30,507 bases of DNA from a virus (taxonomy: Duplodnaviria; Caudoviricetes): positions 1 to 30,507 of IMG/VR virus record IMGVR_UViG_3300032225_000487, one strand, 5' to 3'. Position numbers and translations under genes: made by a program. Position 1 is the first letter of the stretch. Each line of letters starts with the position of its first letter. Positions 1 through 9,499 of this stretch are shown here, one piece after another. Under the pieces are notes generated by a model that did no database searches, was not told the DNA's origin, and worked only from the letters and a program-made list of their open reading frames with translations.

Positions 1-1
1 A

Positions 2-304
2 TTAGACCCCAATCAAGTAGCCTATGGTGTTGCTAGTAATGGCACAAGTCAGGTGGCTACAGTTACTACCAGTAGCGTTCAAATGACTGCTTTTGGTGCA
101 AATACAACAATGATTCGCATTGCTTGTTCTCAAGGCCATTGCCACTATGCAATTGGCACAAGTCCAACGGCAAGCGTTACAACATCAGCCATGATACCCC
201 CCAATTGTGTTGAAATTGTGCGAGTAAATCCTGCCCAAAAGATTGCGTTTATCAAGGATGCAACAATTACAACTTGTACTGTTTCTGTAACGGAGTTGGT
301 ATGA
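2..304 (+). CDS. Hypothetical virion-associated protein, 5'-truncated
   Basis: Frame is open from position 2 (LDPNQVAYGVASNGTSQVATV...) to TGA 304. Beta-rich Thr/Val composition; stop overlaps the next ATG (ATGA). Confidence 0.7.
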   Translation, partial: LDPNQVAYGVASNGTSQVATVTTSSVQMTAFGANTTMIRIACSQGHCHYAIGTSPTASVTTSAMIPPNCVEIVRVNPAQKIAFIKDATITTCTVSVTELV

Positions 305-468
305 AAACTAAAGCACAAAAGAAAATTAGCAAAGTGATGACTGAGTATGGGGCAGGAAAACTGCACTCAGGATCTAAAAAGGGCAAGGTTGTTACTTCAC
401 AAAAACAAGCAGTTGCCATTGCTTTGTCTGAGGCTGGTATGTCTAAACCTAAAAGGAAGATGAAATGA
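301..468 (+). CDS. Small basic protein, DUF6496-like
   Basis: MKTKAQKKISKVMTEYGAGKLHSGSKKG..VTSQKQAVAIALSEA matches my recollection of DUF6496. ATGA coupling at both ends. Confidence 0.75.
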   Translation: MKTKAQKKISKVMTEYGAGKLHSGSKKGKVVTSQKQAVAIALSEAGMSKPKRKMK

Positions 469-635
469 AAGCTGGTTTGTATTCAAACATCAATGCTAAA
501 CAGGCTCGTATCAAGGCGGGTTCTGGTGAAAAGATGAACAAGGTTGGGTCTAAAGCTGCACCTACTGCCGCTGACTTCAAGCAAGCTGCAAAGACAGCAA
601 AGAAGCCTAAAAAGAAAACAATGATGGGATATTGA
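465..635 (+). CDS. Small Lys/Ala-rich basic protein, 56 aa (absent from ORF track)
   Basis: Translated by hand: MKAGLYSNINAKQARIKAGSGEKMNKVGSKAAPTAADFKQAAKTAKKPKKKTMMGY. Start and stop overlap both neighbours. Confidence 0.8.
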   Translation: MKAGLYSNINAKQARIKAGSGEKMNKVGSKAAPTAADFKQAAKTAKKPKKKTMMGY

Positions 636-934
636 TGAAAACTCCTACTTGGCAAACAAAAGCTGGTCAAAATCCCAAAGGGGGGTTGAATGCCAAGGGG
701 AGATCATCTTATAATGCAGAAACTGGTGGTAATCTGAAACCGCCAGTAAAGTCTGGAGATAATCCCAGACGAGCTTCTTTTCTCGCCAGAATGGGCAACA
801 TGGATGGTGCAGAGTATAAGGATGGCAAACCCACAAGGTTGCTACTTTCTCTGCAAGCATGGGGTGCTACATCAAAGGCAGACGCAAAGGCAAAAGCTAA
901 AGCGATTTCGTCAAGAAATAAAGGAAAGAAGTAA
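635..934 (+). CDS. Basic protein, DUF6321-like
   Basis: KGGLNAKGR...NLKPPVKSGDNPRRASFLARMG motif; ATG overlaps the previous TGA. Confidence 0.7.
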   Translation: MKTPTWQTKAGQNPKGGLNAKGRSSYNAETGGNLKPPVKSGDNPRRASFLARMGNMDGAEYKDGKPTRLLLSLQAWGATSKADAKAKAKAISSRNKGKK

Positions 935-937
935 TCT

Positions 938-1600
938 ATGGCTTTACCTACATACCTATCACTTGTCAACGATGTATTGGTTCGTTTGCGTGAGCCTACT
1001 GTTTCTACTGTTACTCAAACCTCATATTCATCATTGATTGGCAAGTTCATCAATGATACTAAGCGTCAAGTGGCTGATGCCTATGATTGGGATGCTTTTA
1101 ATCAAGCAGTTACTGTCACTACTGTTAGTGGTCAGGTTGGAGAATACTCTTTAACCAATGCTGGTGTTCGATTCAAGACGATGGATGTTATTAACACAAC
1201 ACGTTACTATCAGTTGACTCCTTTGTCTCATGTAGACCATGATGTTTTTTATTACACAGTTCCTAGCCCAATTCTGAATCTCCCAATGTATTACACAGTT
1301 CAAGGTGTAGATACCAATGGAGACTTGAAAGTCAAATTCTGGCCTGTTCCTGATGGTGTATATAGCATCAGATTTAGTTTGATCGTGCCAGAAAACGATA
1401 TGTCTAGCGATTCAGATACAACCTTGTTAGCAAAAGAACCAATCATTCTTGGTGCTTATGCTAGGGCATTGGTTGAACGTGGTGAAGATGGTGGTTTAAA
1501 TAGTTCTGAGGCGTATGCACTGTTCAAGGCCTCTATGTCTGATTTGATTGCTTTAGAGTTGGCTCGTTCCCCTGAAAACGATTCGTTTGAGGCGGTGTAA
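938..1600 (+). CDS. Head-tail adaptor / tail tubular protein A-like
   Basis: 220 aa with an N-terminal 'TYLSLVNDVLVRLRE' helix typical of podovirus adaptors; lies before the nozzle gene. Confidence 0.65.
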   Translation: MALPTYLSLVNDVLVRLREPTVSTVTQTSYSSLIGKFINDTKRQVADAYDWDAFNQAVTVTTVSGQVGEYSLTNAGVRFKTMDVINTTRYYQLTPLSHVDHDVFYYTVPSPILNLPMYYTVQGVDTNGDLKVKFWPVPDGVYSIRFSLIVPENDMSSDSDTTLLAKEPIILGAYARALVERGEDGGLNSSEAYALFKASMSDLIALELARSPENDSFEAV

Positions 1601-3162
1601 TGGCAACGGGACTTGAAATCAGTAGAGTTTCAGCCCCAGGATTTTATGGGCTAAACACACAAGACTCTCCTTTGGATTTGTCTTCTGGTTTTGCTTTGAT
1701 TGCGTCAAACTGCATCATTGACCAATATGGTCGTATCGGTTCTCGCAAAGGTTGGACTGCACTTAATTCCTTAACAGGAAACTTGGGTGCAAATGATATT
1801 AGTGTGATGCACGAATTGGTGCAAGCTGATGGAACATTAACTGTTTTATTTGCTGGAAACAATAAATTATTTTATTTGGGAACATCAAATGCAGTAACAG
1901 AGTTAACTTATGGGGGTGGTGGAACAACTCCAACCATAACAGCAAGTAATTGGCAATGTGCATCCCTAAATGGAATAACTTATTTTTTTCAAACAGGTCA
2001 CGATCCACTCATATTTGACCCTGCTGTCTCTACAACAACGTATATGCGTGTTTCAGAGAAAACTGGCTATGTGGCTACTGTCCCATCAGCCAATAATGTT
2101 ATATCTGCCTATGGTCGTTTATGGGCTGCTACAACCACTACAAACAATGCTACTGTTTACTTCAGCGACTTGATCTCTGGTCATGTATGGGCAACTGGCA
2201 CTGCTGGCAGTTTGAATGTAAACAATGTTTGGCCTAATGGTGCTGATGAAATCACTGGTTTAGCGGCACATAATGGATTTTTGTTTATCTTTGGTAAACG
2301 TCAGATTTTGATTTATTCTGGTGCAACTGCACCATCAACAATGACACTTAGCGACACTGTTGAGGGTATTGGTTGCATTGCTAGAGATAGTATTCAAACA
2401 ACAAGCACAGACGTTATTTTCTTGTCAAACAGTGGCATTCGGTCATTGATGAGAACAATTCAAGAAAAGTCAGCACCAGAACGTGATTTGTCTAAAAATG
2501 TGCGTAATGAGTTGATGAATAAAAAGATTCCAAGTGAAACATTGGCTAATCTTAAATCTGTTTATTCTGAAAAAGAAGCATTTTATTTATTGACATTACC
2601 AATCAATCAGCAAGTTTATTGTTTTGACACAAAAGTTGCATTGCAAGATGGTTCTTATAGAGTAACAACATGGGACTCTATACTTCCAAAATCATTTTTG
2701 TCTAAACGCAATGGTGATGTATTGATTGGTAAGACAGGATATGTAGGTAAATATACTGGTTATCAAGATAATGGATCAGCATATAGGATGGCATATTACA
2801 CAAATCATGCTGATCTTGGTGACCAAACAATAACTTCAATTGTTAAAAGAATTTCTGTTGTAATTATTGGTGGAAGTAATCAATATGTAACTATCAAATG
2901 GGGATACGATTTTTTGACAAATTATTTATCTCAAAACGTATTAATTCCAACTCAAGGAATATCAGAATATGGAACAGCAGAATATGGCTCAAATGCCACA
3001 GTAGTTGCATATTATTCTGAGGGAGTTGCCTTGCAAACCTTGGTTGCAAATGGTGCTGGCTCGGGAAAGATTGTCCAAACTGGATATGAGATGGATATTA
3101 ATGGTTCTCAGTTATCCATTCAGAAAATTGAAATTCAATCTAAACATGGTCGATTGACTTAA
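1600..3162 (+). CDS. Tail nozzle / tubular protein B (P22 gp10-like stabilisation protein)
   Basis: 520 aa, beta-propeller-like, 'EGIGCIARDSI' motif, syntenic after the adaptor. Confidence 0.65.
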   Translation: MATGLEISRVSAPGFYGLNTQDSPLDLSSGFALIASNCIIDQYGRIGSRKGWTALNSLTGNLGANDISVMHELVQADGTLTVLFAGNNKLFYLGTSNAVTELTYGGGGTTPTITASNWQCASLNGITYFFQTGHDPLIFDPAVSTTTYMRVSEKTGYVATVPSANNVISAYGRLWAATTTTNNATVYFSDLISGHVWATGTAGSLNVNNVWPNGADEITGLAAHNGFLFIFGKRQILIYSGATAPSTMTLSDTVEGIGCIARDSIQTTSTDVIFLSNSGIRSLMRTIQEKSAPERDLSKNVRNELMNKKIPSETLANLKSVYSEKEAFYLLTLPINQQVYCFDTKVALQDGSYRVTTWDSILPKSFLSKRNGDVLIGKTGYVGKYTGYQDNGSAYRMAYYTNHADLGDQTITSIVKRISVVIIGGSNQYVTIKWGYDFLTNYLSQNVLIPTQGISEYGTAEYGSNATVVAYYSEGVALQTLVANGAGSGKIVQTGYEMDINGSQLSIQKIEIQSKHGRLT

Positions 3163-3171
3163 AGGATAAAC

Positions 3172-4467
3172 ATGAGTAATTACACAAAATCAACTAATTT
3201 TGCAACAAAGGATACGCTTACATCTGGCGATCCTTTAAAAATCGTCAAAGGTACTGAGATCAATACTGAGTTTGACAACATTGCAACTGCTGTCAACTCT
3301 AAAGCAAATACAGCATCTCCAACATTTACTGGAACTGTAACTATCCCATCATTGTCATTATCTGGATTAACTGCTTCAAGTGCAGTTGCTACTGATGGCT
3401 CAAGTGCATTGGTTAGTGTGACGAATACAGGTTCAGGCAACAATGTACTGGCGACTAGCCCAACCTTGGTAACCCCAGCATTAGGCACTCCATCATCTGG
3501 TGTTTTGACAAATTGCACAGGGGTTCAATACAACGGCTTCAAGAACCGCATCATCAATGGTCAGATGCAGATTGCACAGAGAGCAACGTCTGCAACCATC
3601 ACTGCTGGTTCAACGATTGCGGCTGGTTATTCAACTGTGGATCGCTTCTATGTGTACTGTACTGGTGCAAACGTCACTGCGGCGCAAGTTGCTGGATCAG
3701 GCGCAAACAAAAACAATCTACAAATTACTGGTGCGGCATCTGTTACTGCTGTAGGTATTGGTCAGCGTATAGAGCAACTTAACAGCTATGACATGGCTGG
3801 CTCTACCGCTACGTTGTCTGTCAATCTTGCAAACAGCTTGTTGACCACAGTGACATGGACTGCATACTATGCAACCACTGCTGACACGTTTGGCACATTG
3901 GCAAGTCCTACACGCACACAGATTTCAACAGGCACATTCACTGTTACATCAACACTGACAAACTACAGTGCCCAAATCAGCATCCCTGCCGCCGCTACAA
4001 CAGGTATTGAGGTTGTATTTATTGTTGGCGCACAAACTTCAGGAACATGGGTTATTGGTAATGTGCAATTGGAAAAATCTTCCATTGCAACAAGCTATGA
4101 CTACAGGTCTTATCCTACTGAGTTTGCAATGTGTCAGAGGTATTATCAGACATCTTATCCTTATGGAGTTGCACTACAAGGTTTAACCAACATAACAGAT
4201 GGCGCTTCTTTTATCTGTTTTAATACTAGCGATACATCAAATGGCGGCCCAATACCTGTGACTATGAGGGCAACACCAGTATTTGCAACATACAGTAGTA
4301 ATGGTGGTGTTGGTGCAAATTCTGCAAGAAATGGTGCAGGAACAGATGTAACTGGTATTACATTAAATGGTGGCACAACAAATAATTTACCCAGACTAAC
4401 TAAAGCTAGTATTGGAACTACAGGTGCGCCACTTACGGCTCATTGGACTGCTGTTGCGGAGTTATGA
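3172..4467 (+). CDS. Tail fibre / receptor-binding protein
   Basis: N-terminal anchor 'MSNYTKSTNFATKD..KIVKGTEINTEFDNIA'; T/S/G-rich; contains GFKNRIING and ELAMCQRYY-like fibre motifs. Confidence 0.85.
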   Translation: MSNYTKSTNFATKDTLTSGDPLKIVKGTEINTEFDNIATAVNSKANTASPTFTGTVTIPSLSLSGLTASSAVATDGSSALVSVTNTGSGNNVLATSPTLVTPALGTPSSGVLTNCTGVQYNGFKNRIINGQMQIAQRATSATITAGSTIAAGYSTVDRFYVYCTGANVTAAQVAGSGANKNNLQITGAASVTAVGIGQRIEQLNSYDMAGSTATLSVNLANSLLTTVTWTAYYATTADTFGTLASPTRTQISTGTFTVTSTLTNYSAQISIPAAATTGIEVVFIVGAQTSGTWVIGNVQLEKSSIATSYDYRSYPTEFAMCQRYYQTSYPYGVALQGLTNITDGASFICFNTSDTSNGGPIPVTMRATPVFATYSSNGGVGANSARNGAGTDVTGITLNGGTTNNLPRLTKASIGTTGAPLTAHWTAVAEL

Positions 4468-4468
4468 A

Positions 4469-4630
4469 ATGTACAAATTAATTAAAGATAGTATTGAATT
4501 AGTCGTAAAGTCTGTTATGAGACTATCTGATAATTCTTGCATACCATTTGAGCCAACCAGTATTGACTACCAAGAATACCTTGCATGGCTTGCAGAGGGC
4601 AACACACCACTTCCAGCGGATGAATCATGA
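4469..4630 (+). CDS. Tail fibre assembly chaperone, 53 aa
   Basis: MYKLIK...IPFEPTSIDYQEYLAWLAEGNTPLPADES, directly after the fibre. Start re-assigned to ATG 4469. Confidence 0.7.
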   Translation: MYKLIKDSIELVVKSVMRLSDNSCIPFEPTSIDYQEYLAWLAEGNTPLPADES

Positions 4631-4938
4631 TGACTCATCCTGAGATCATTCACCACTTTTCTGATGGTTTGTATGCCAAGGAATCGGTGTTCCCTGCTGG
4701 AATGTCAATCCTAAAGCATACCCATAACTTCAACCATTTATCTATATTGGCTAAAGGTAAAGTGGTGGTGTTAAAGGGTGATGAATTAGAGATTGTTGAA
4801 GCTCCTGCTTGTATTGAGATTAAGGCTGGATTAACGCATGGCGTTAAAGCAATAACAGATTGTGTTTGGTTTTGTATTCATGCTACTGATGAGAAAGATC
4901 CATCAAAAGTAGATGAAGTTTTGATTAAAGGAGAATAA
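4627..4938 (+). CDS. Cupin-domain protein
   Basis: HHFSDGLYAKE...HTHNFNHLSILAKGKV...GLTHGV cupin His motifs. Confidence 0.8.
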   Translation: MMTHPEIIHHFSDGLYAKESVFPAGMSILKHTHNFNHLSILAKGKVVVLKGDELEIVEAPACIEIKAGLTHGVKAITDCVWFCIHATDEKDPSKVDEVLIKGE

Positions 4939-4939
4939 T

Positions 4940-5983
4940 ATGCCGTGGATTATTGGTGGTGCTTTATTAGGCGGTGCGCTTTTAAGTTCCAACGCAAATA
5001 AGAGTGCGGCTCAATCTGCTGCAAATGCTCAAGTTGCATCTACTCAAGCTGCGGCACAAGCAGCAAAGTTTACTCCAGTTGGAGTAACTACTAGATATGG
5101 TTCAAGTGCCTTTAAGTTCAGCCCATCTGGTGATTTAATAGGTGCTGGTTATAGTGTTGCACCAGCCTTGCAAGACTATCAATCTAGATTAGAAGCATTG
5201 ACTGGTCGAGGCTTAACTCAGGCCGAGATGGCGCAACAGCAATATGCACCACTTCAACAGGCGGCTAGTGGATTGTTTGGATTAGGCCAACAATATCTTG
5301 CCCAGAGTCCTCAACAAGTTGCTGCTCAATATATGCAACAGCAACAGGATTTGCTTGCCCCTAGTCGTGAAAGACAAATGGCACAACTGCAAAACCAGTT
5401 GTATCAGCAAGGTCGTGGTGGTTTATCGGTAGGTGCTACAGGTACTCGTCCTAGTGGTGCGGCTGGTTTGGGTGCTACTACTCCTGAGATGGAAGCATAT
5501 TACAACGCATTGGCACAACAAGATGCTCAGTTAGCGGCACAGTCTCAACAAGCTGGTCAACAGAACGTAGCATTTGGCACAGGATTGCTTAATCAAGGTG
5601 CTGGATTGTTGGGTCAGTATCAAGCGGGTCAGGTTGGCGCATTGAGTCCATTCTCAACCTATTTAGGTGCTGGTCAGACGATTGAATCTATGGGTCAACA
5701 ACCATTAGATATTGGCGCACAATTAGGTGGTCGTGCTGCTACTGCTGGTGCTAATGTCGGTGCGTCTTTACTGCAAGGTGGACTAACATCTGCTAGAACC
5801 CAACAAGCAGCGGCAGGATCAAGTGGATTAGGATCATTCTTAACAGGTGCGGCTAGTAATCCTCAATTGATTAGTGGCATTCAAAACTACTTCACTCCGA
5901 CACCTACTACATTTGGTGCATATAGTGGTGGTGGTGTAAATTCATCAAATGTTGGATATAACCCTGCGGCTTGGAACTATTAA
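4940..5983 (+). CDS. Internal virion / DNA ejection protein 1
   Basis: Gly/Ala/Gln-rich with a hydrophobic glycine-zipper N-terminus; first of three large genes after the tail genes, as in podoviruses. Confidence 0.65.
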   Translation: MPWIIGGALLGGALLSSNANKSAAQSAANAQVASTQAAAQAAKFTPVGVTTRYGSSAFKFSPSGDLIGAGYSVAPALQDYQSRLEALTGRGLTQAEMAQQQYAPLQQAASGLFGLGQQYLAQSPQQVAAQYMQQQQDLLAPSRERQMAQLQNQLYQQGRGGLSVGATGTRPSGAAGLGATTPEMEAYYNALAQQDAQLAAQSQQAGQQNVAFGTGLLNQGAGLLGQYQAGQVGALSPFSTYLGAGQTIESMGQQPLDIGAQLGGRAATAGANVGASLLQGGLTSARTQQAAAGSSGLGSFLTGAASNPQLISGIQNYFTPTPTTFGAYSGGGVNSSNVGYNPAAWNY

Positions 5984-5992
5984 GGAATCATC

Positions 5993-7384
5993 ATGGCAAC
6001 AGACATTGCAGGACTTTTTACAACACCCGATCAGTACCAACTTGCACAACAGCAAGCACAACAAGCACAAGCATTGCAATATGCTCAACTTGATCCAAGG
6101 GCGCAAGCACAATATGGGTTCTATCGTGGTGGACAGCAACTAGGTGGTATTATTGGTGGTGCTTTGGGTGGTCAAGATCCTCAGTTACAGTTGATTTCAC
6201 AGCGTCAAGCACTGTCTAAAAATGTTGATCCCAATGACCCTCAATCACTGATTACTGCTGCTCAACAAGCTGCTCAAGGTGGTGATATGCAGTTTGCTAC
6301 TGTTTTGGCTGATCGCGCTAAGGCAATTCAAGAGTCAATGACAAAGCAAATGCAAGAACGAGCAACAGCATCTAAGAGTTTTGCTGAAGCAGGAAAGATT
6401 GGTACTGAGCAATTAAGAACTCAAAATATTACTCAAGAATTGATGAATACTCATAATTTGAGTGAAGCTGAAGCGCAAGCGGTTGCATCAAATCCTGACT
6501 TAGTTAAGTCTTATTACACTCCTAAATCTGCACAAGGATTGAAATTACTTGAAACAGGTAAATACACTCCTGAAAGCATAACTCAATGGCAGTCAGGAAA
6601 AGGTGAACTTGAACCTCTTGATAAACAATCAAAAACAACTTCTGATTTTTTAGCTAAAGCTGTTGAACTTGGTTTTCCTGCTAATGCAAAGTATGGTGAT
6701 TATTCACAAGATCAAGTTGCAAAAATTAATAAATCTTTATTTGATGACCAAATTAAATTAGCTGCCGCAAAAGCTATGAGTGTGCGTGTTGGTGTTGATT
6801 TAAAAGGTGAAGAAGCATTTGCTAAAGGACTTGGCGAATTAGATGCTAAAGCTGTTTCCGCTGCTCGTGACAAGCGAGATGCATCAATTGCGGCATTAAA
6901 TTCATTAAAACAATTAAATACATTGAACCAAAATGATTTGATTAGCGGTTCATTTGCTACTGGTCGTGTTGGAGCAACAAATCTATTGGCAAGTCTTGGT
7001 TTGGCAAGTGGTAAAGATATTGACAAACTTGCTAGTTCTGAAAATTACCAAAAGGTAGCTGGAGATGTTATTCTTTCTACTCTTGGCGGTAGATTAGGCG
7101 CAGGTTTTTCTAACGAAGATCGTAAATTTATTCAAAGTCTTGTTCCTCAACTTGAAAACAGTGCATTAGCTCGCAAACAATTGATTGAGTTTATGACTAA
7201 GAAGAATCAAGATATTGTTACTGAGACAAGTCGAATGGAAGATTATGCTCGCAAAAATAAAACATTAAATGGTTTTGTTCCAACAATTCCTGTGGTTAAT
7301 TTGCCATCTGCTAATGGGAAACCATTAAGCCAAATGTCAACTCAAGAACTTCAAGATTTGCGTTCTAAACTCATGAAACGATAA
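5993..7384 (+). CDS. Internal virion / DNA ejection protein 2
   Basis: 463 aa, Gln/Ala-rich helical protein with AAGGA RBS; synteny. Confidence 0.6.
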   Translation: MATDIAGLFTTPDQYQLAQQQAQQAQALQYAQLDPRAQAQYGFYRGGQQLGGIIGGALGGQDPQLQLISQRQALSKNVDPNDPQSLITAAQQAAQGGDMQFATVLADRAKAIQESMTKQMQERATASKSFAEAGKIGTEQLRTQNITQELMNTHNLSEAEAQAVASNPDLVKSYYTPKSAQGLKLLETGKYTPESITQWQSGKGELEPLDKQSKTTSDFLAKAVELGFPANAKYGDYSQDQVAKINKSLFDDQIKLAAAKAMSVRVGVDLKGEEAFAKGLGELDAKAVSAARDKRDASIAALNSLKQLNTLNQNDLISGSFATGRVGATNLLASLGLASGKDIDKLASSENYQKVAGDVILSTLGGRLGAGFSNEDRKFIQSLVPQLENSALARKQLIEFMTKKNQDIVTETSRMEDYARKNKTLNGFVPTIPVVNLPSANGKPLSQMSTQELQDLRSKLMKR

Positions 7385-7393
7385 GGATTTGTT

Positions 7394-9490
7394 ATGGCAA
7401 CTTTAGCTGAAATTGAGGCAGAACTTCAAAGTCGTGGTGAAACGACATCTACAGGTTCTGTTTTAGATAAAGGTACATCATTAGATGAATTCAAAAAGTT
7501 TGCTGAATCTTCTTTAAAAGGTATTCCTAGTGGCCTTATCAACATGGTTGGTGGTTGGGGTAATTTGTATGATTACCTTAAAGAGAGTAATGATCCAAGT
7601 GCTTTTTCTAGTACAGGAATCAAACAAGCTATAACAAAATTGACTGGCTTCAATATGCAGTCAATCCCCGGTTATCGTGGCGCATTCCAATTTACTGAAG
7701 CTGGCGCACCTGCTGCTGCTGCAACTGCTTTAGGCATCCCCGGACTGTTTAACAGAACTTTGCCGGGTGTTGCTGGTGAGTTTGGTGTTGCTGGTACTAC
7801 TGGATTGTTGTCTCAACAGGTTGCTCCTGAAAGCCCGTTAGCTCAACTAGCATTGCAATCTACTCCTTATGTTGCCAAAGGTGGATTAAAAACCATTGGT
7901 GGCATTATGACAAAGCCAGAGGGAACATTCCCATCTGTTGCTGATACTCAAGCATTGTCACAAGTTGGTCGTTTGACTCCGGGCGAATTGAGTTTGAATC
8001 GTCCTCAATTGGCAACAGAAGCTGCTGTTGAAAGAACACCTGCATCTGGTCAAAAACCTGTTGAGTTTAGACAAGCACAAGCTGGTGATATTGAGTCTTA
8101 TTTGTCAAACTTGTTCAATAAAGCAAGTGGCAAGACTTTGAATATTGCTGATACCACTCAAGCAATTGTTTCTTCATTCAATAACTACGGAAAATCTTTG
8201 ACTTCTAAGTTGAAGTCAGATGCAAAGATTGATTTCAATGCGGCTAAAAGGGCTGGCGGATTGATTGATACGACACCTGTTGTTGATGCAATTACAAGTA
8301 AATTAGGAGAAATACCTCCTGAAGTAAAAGCACTTGATCCTGTCAAAAATGCAATGCAGCGCATTATTGATGAATATGTAATACCTGAAGTTCCTGCTCA
8401 AACTATTCCATCCACTATTTTGGGTGCTGGAGGACAACCTGCATCTGTAAATATTATTCCCGGAACCCCTGCTCAAAATTTAAAAATAAACATTGATCGT
8501 TTACAAAAGAATTTGTCAACTTGGGGTGATGCTGTTTACTCAGGAAAAGCTGATTTTGGAAAAGGTAATATCTTTGAGGGTGTTGCTCCCGGTCAAGCAA
8601 AAGGAATTTCTATGGCTGTTTTAAATGGCTTTAGAGAGGCGTTAGATGAAGCAATTGCAAACAATGTTCCGGGTGCGGATAAATTAGTTGCTGCTAGAGA
8701 TAAATTCAAAGCAAATATTGCCAAAATTGAACAGTTTTCTGACAGACCATTAACAAAAGCATTTGATGTTTCAAATGTGACTGATCTTGTTCCTGAAGAT
8801 GTAATGAGCAAACTTAAAAGTATGCCTTCATCACAGAGGCAATTCTTGGTTGAAGTCATGCAAAACAATCCAAACGCTCAAGTCGCTGAGGTTTTGAACA
8901 CTATTCGTAGATCAAAATTTGATGATGTTTTGGGTGCGGCTCAAGTTAAAGGTGGTGCTGCAACAGACCCAACTTTTAGCATAAAAACTGCTTTGACTGA
9001 GTTAAACAAAAAGAATAGTGAATTTGCTGATCTTTTTCCAAATAAGGCTGATTTAAATCAAGCAAAATTGGCTATGAATTGGATGCAAAGAGTTTTATCT
9101 AGCGAATCCCCTCAAATGGCTGGTGTTACAGGTGCTGAAGCCTATGCTTTAGGTGGTGCTGCTGGTGGTAGCGCACAGGTTCGACTTGGCTTGAAAGAAG
9201 CAATCCCTTACATTCGTAATTTGATTGCAAGCCCTGCTGATTTTGCTGATGTTATTTTCAATCCTGATTACCGCAAGGCAATGGTTGATTTAGCTACTGC
9301 TAAAAATATGACTCAAAAGACTGCTGATGCTTTGGCTACTTTGTCAAAGGCATCTGCTACTTTGAGCGCAAGAGCAGGTGGAATGATGGGTCAAACACCT
9401 CCACAAGAGCCACAACCAGTTCCTGAAGCAGCAGGTACACCAACCTTACAAGATATTGAAAACGAGTTGAAGTCTCGTGGCATTCAATAA
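7394..9490 (+). CDS. Internal virion / DNA ejection protein 3
   Basis: 698 aa, Ala/Gly-rich; N- and C-termini share a 'TL..IE.EL.SRG' motif; synteny. Confidence 0.6.
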   Translation: MATLAEIEAELQSRGETTSTGSVLDKGTSLDEFKKFAESSLKGIPSGLINMVGGWGNLYDYLKESNDPSAFSSTGIKQAITKLTGFNMQSIPGYRGAFQFTEAGAPAAAATALGIPGLFNRTLPGVAGEFGVAGTTGLLSQQVAPESPLAQLALQSTPYVAKGGLKTIGGIMTKPEGTFPSVADTQALSQVGRLTPGELSLNRPQLATEAAVERTPASGQKPVEFRQAQAGDIESYLSNLFNKASGKTLNIADTTQAIVSSFNNYGKSLTSKLKSDAKIDFNAAKRAGGLIDTTPVVDAITSKLGEIPPEVKALDPVKNAMQRIIDEYVIPEVPAQTIPSTILGAGGQPASVNIIPGTPAQNLKINIDRLQKNLSTWGDAVYSGKADFGKGNIFEGVAPGQAKGISMAVLNGFREALDEAIANNVPGADKLVAARDKFKANIAKIEQFSDRPLTKAFDVSNVTDLVPEDVMSKLKSMPSSQRQFLVEVMQNNPNAQVAEVLNTIRRSKFDDVLGAAQVKGGAATDPTFSIKTALTELNKKNSEFADLFPNKADLNQAKLAMNWMQRVLSSESPQMAGVTGAEAYALGGAAGGSAQVRLGLKEAIPYIRNLIASPADFADVIFNPDYRKAMVDLATAKNMTQKTADALATLSKASATLSARAGGMMGQTPPQEPQPVPEAAGTPTLQDIENELKSRGIQ

Positions 9491-9499
9491 GGACTCAAA

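Noticed and set aside
3172-4467. Diversity-generating retroelement or invertible cassette acting on the tail fibre
   Set aside because: No reverse transcriptase, invertase or template repeat seen.
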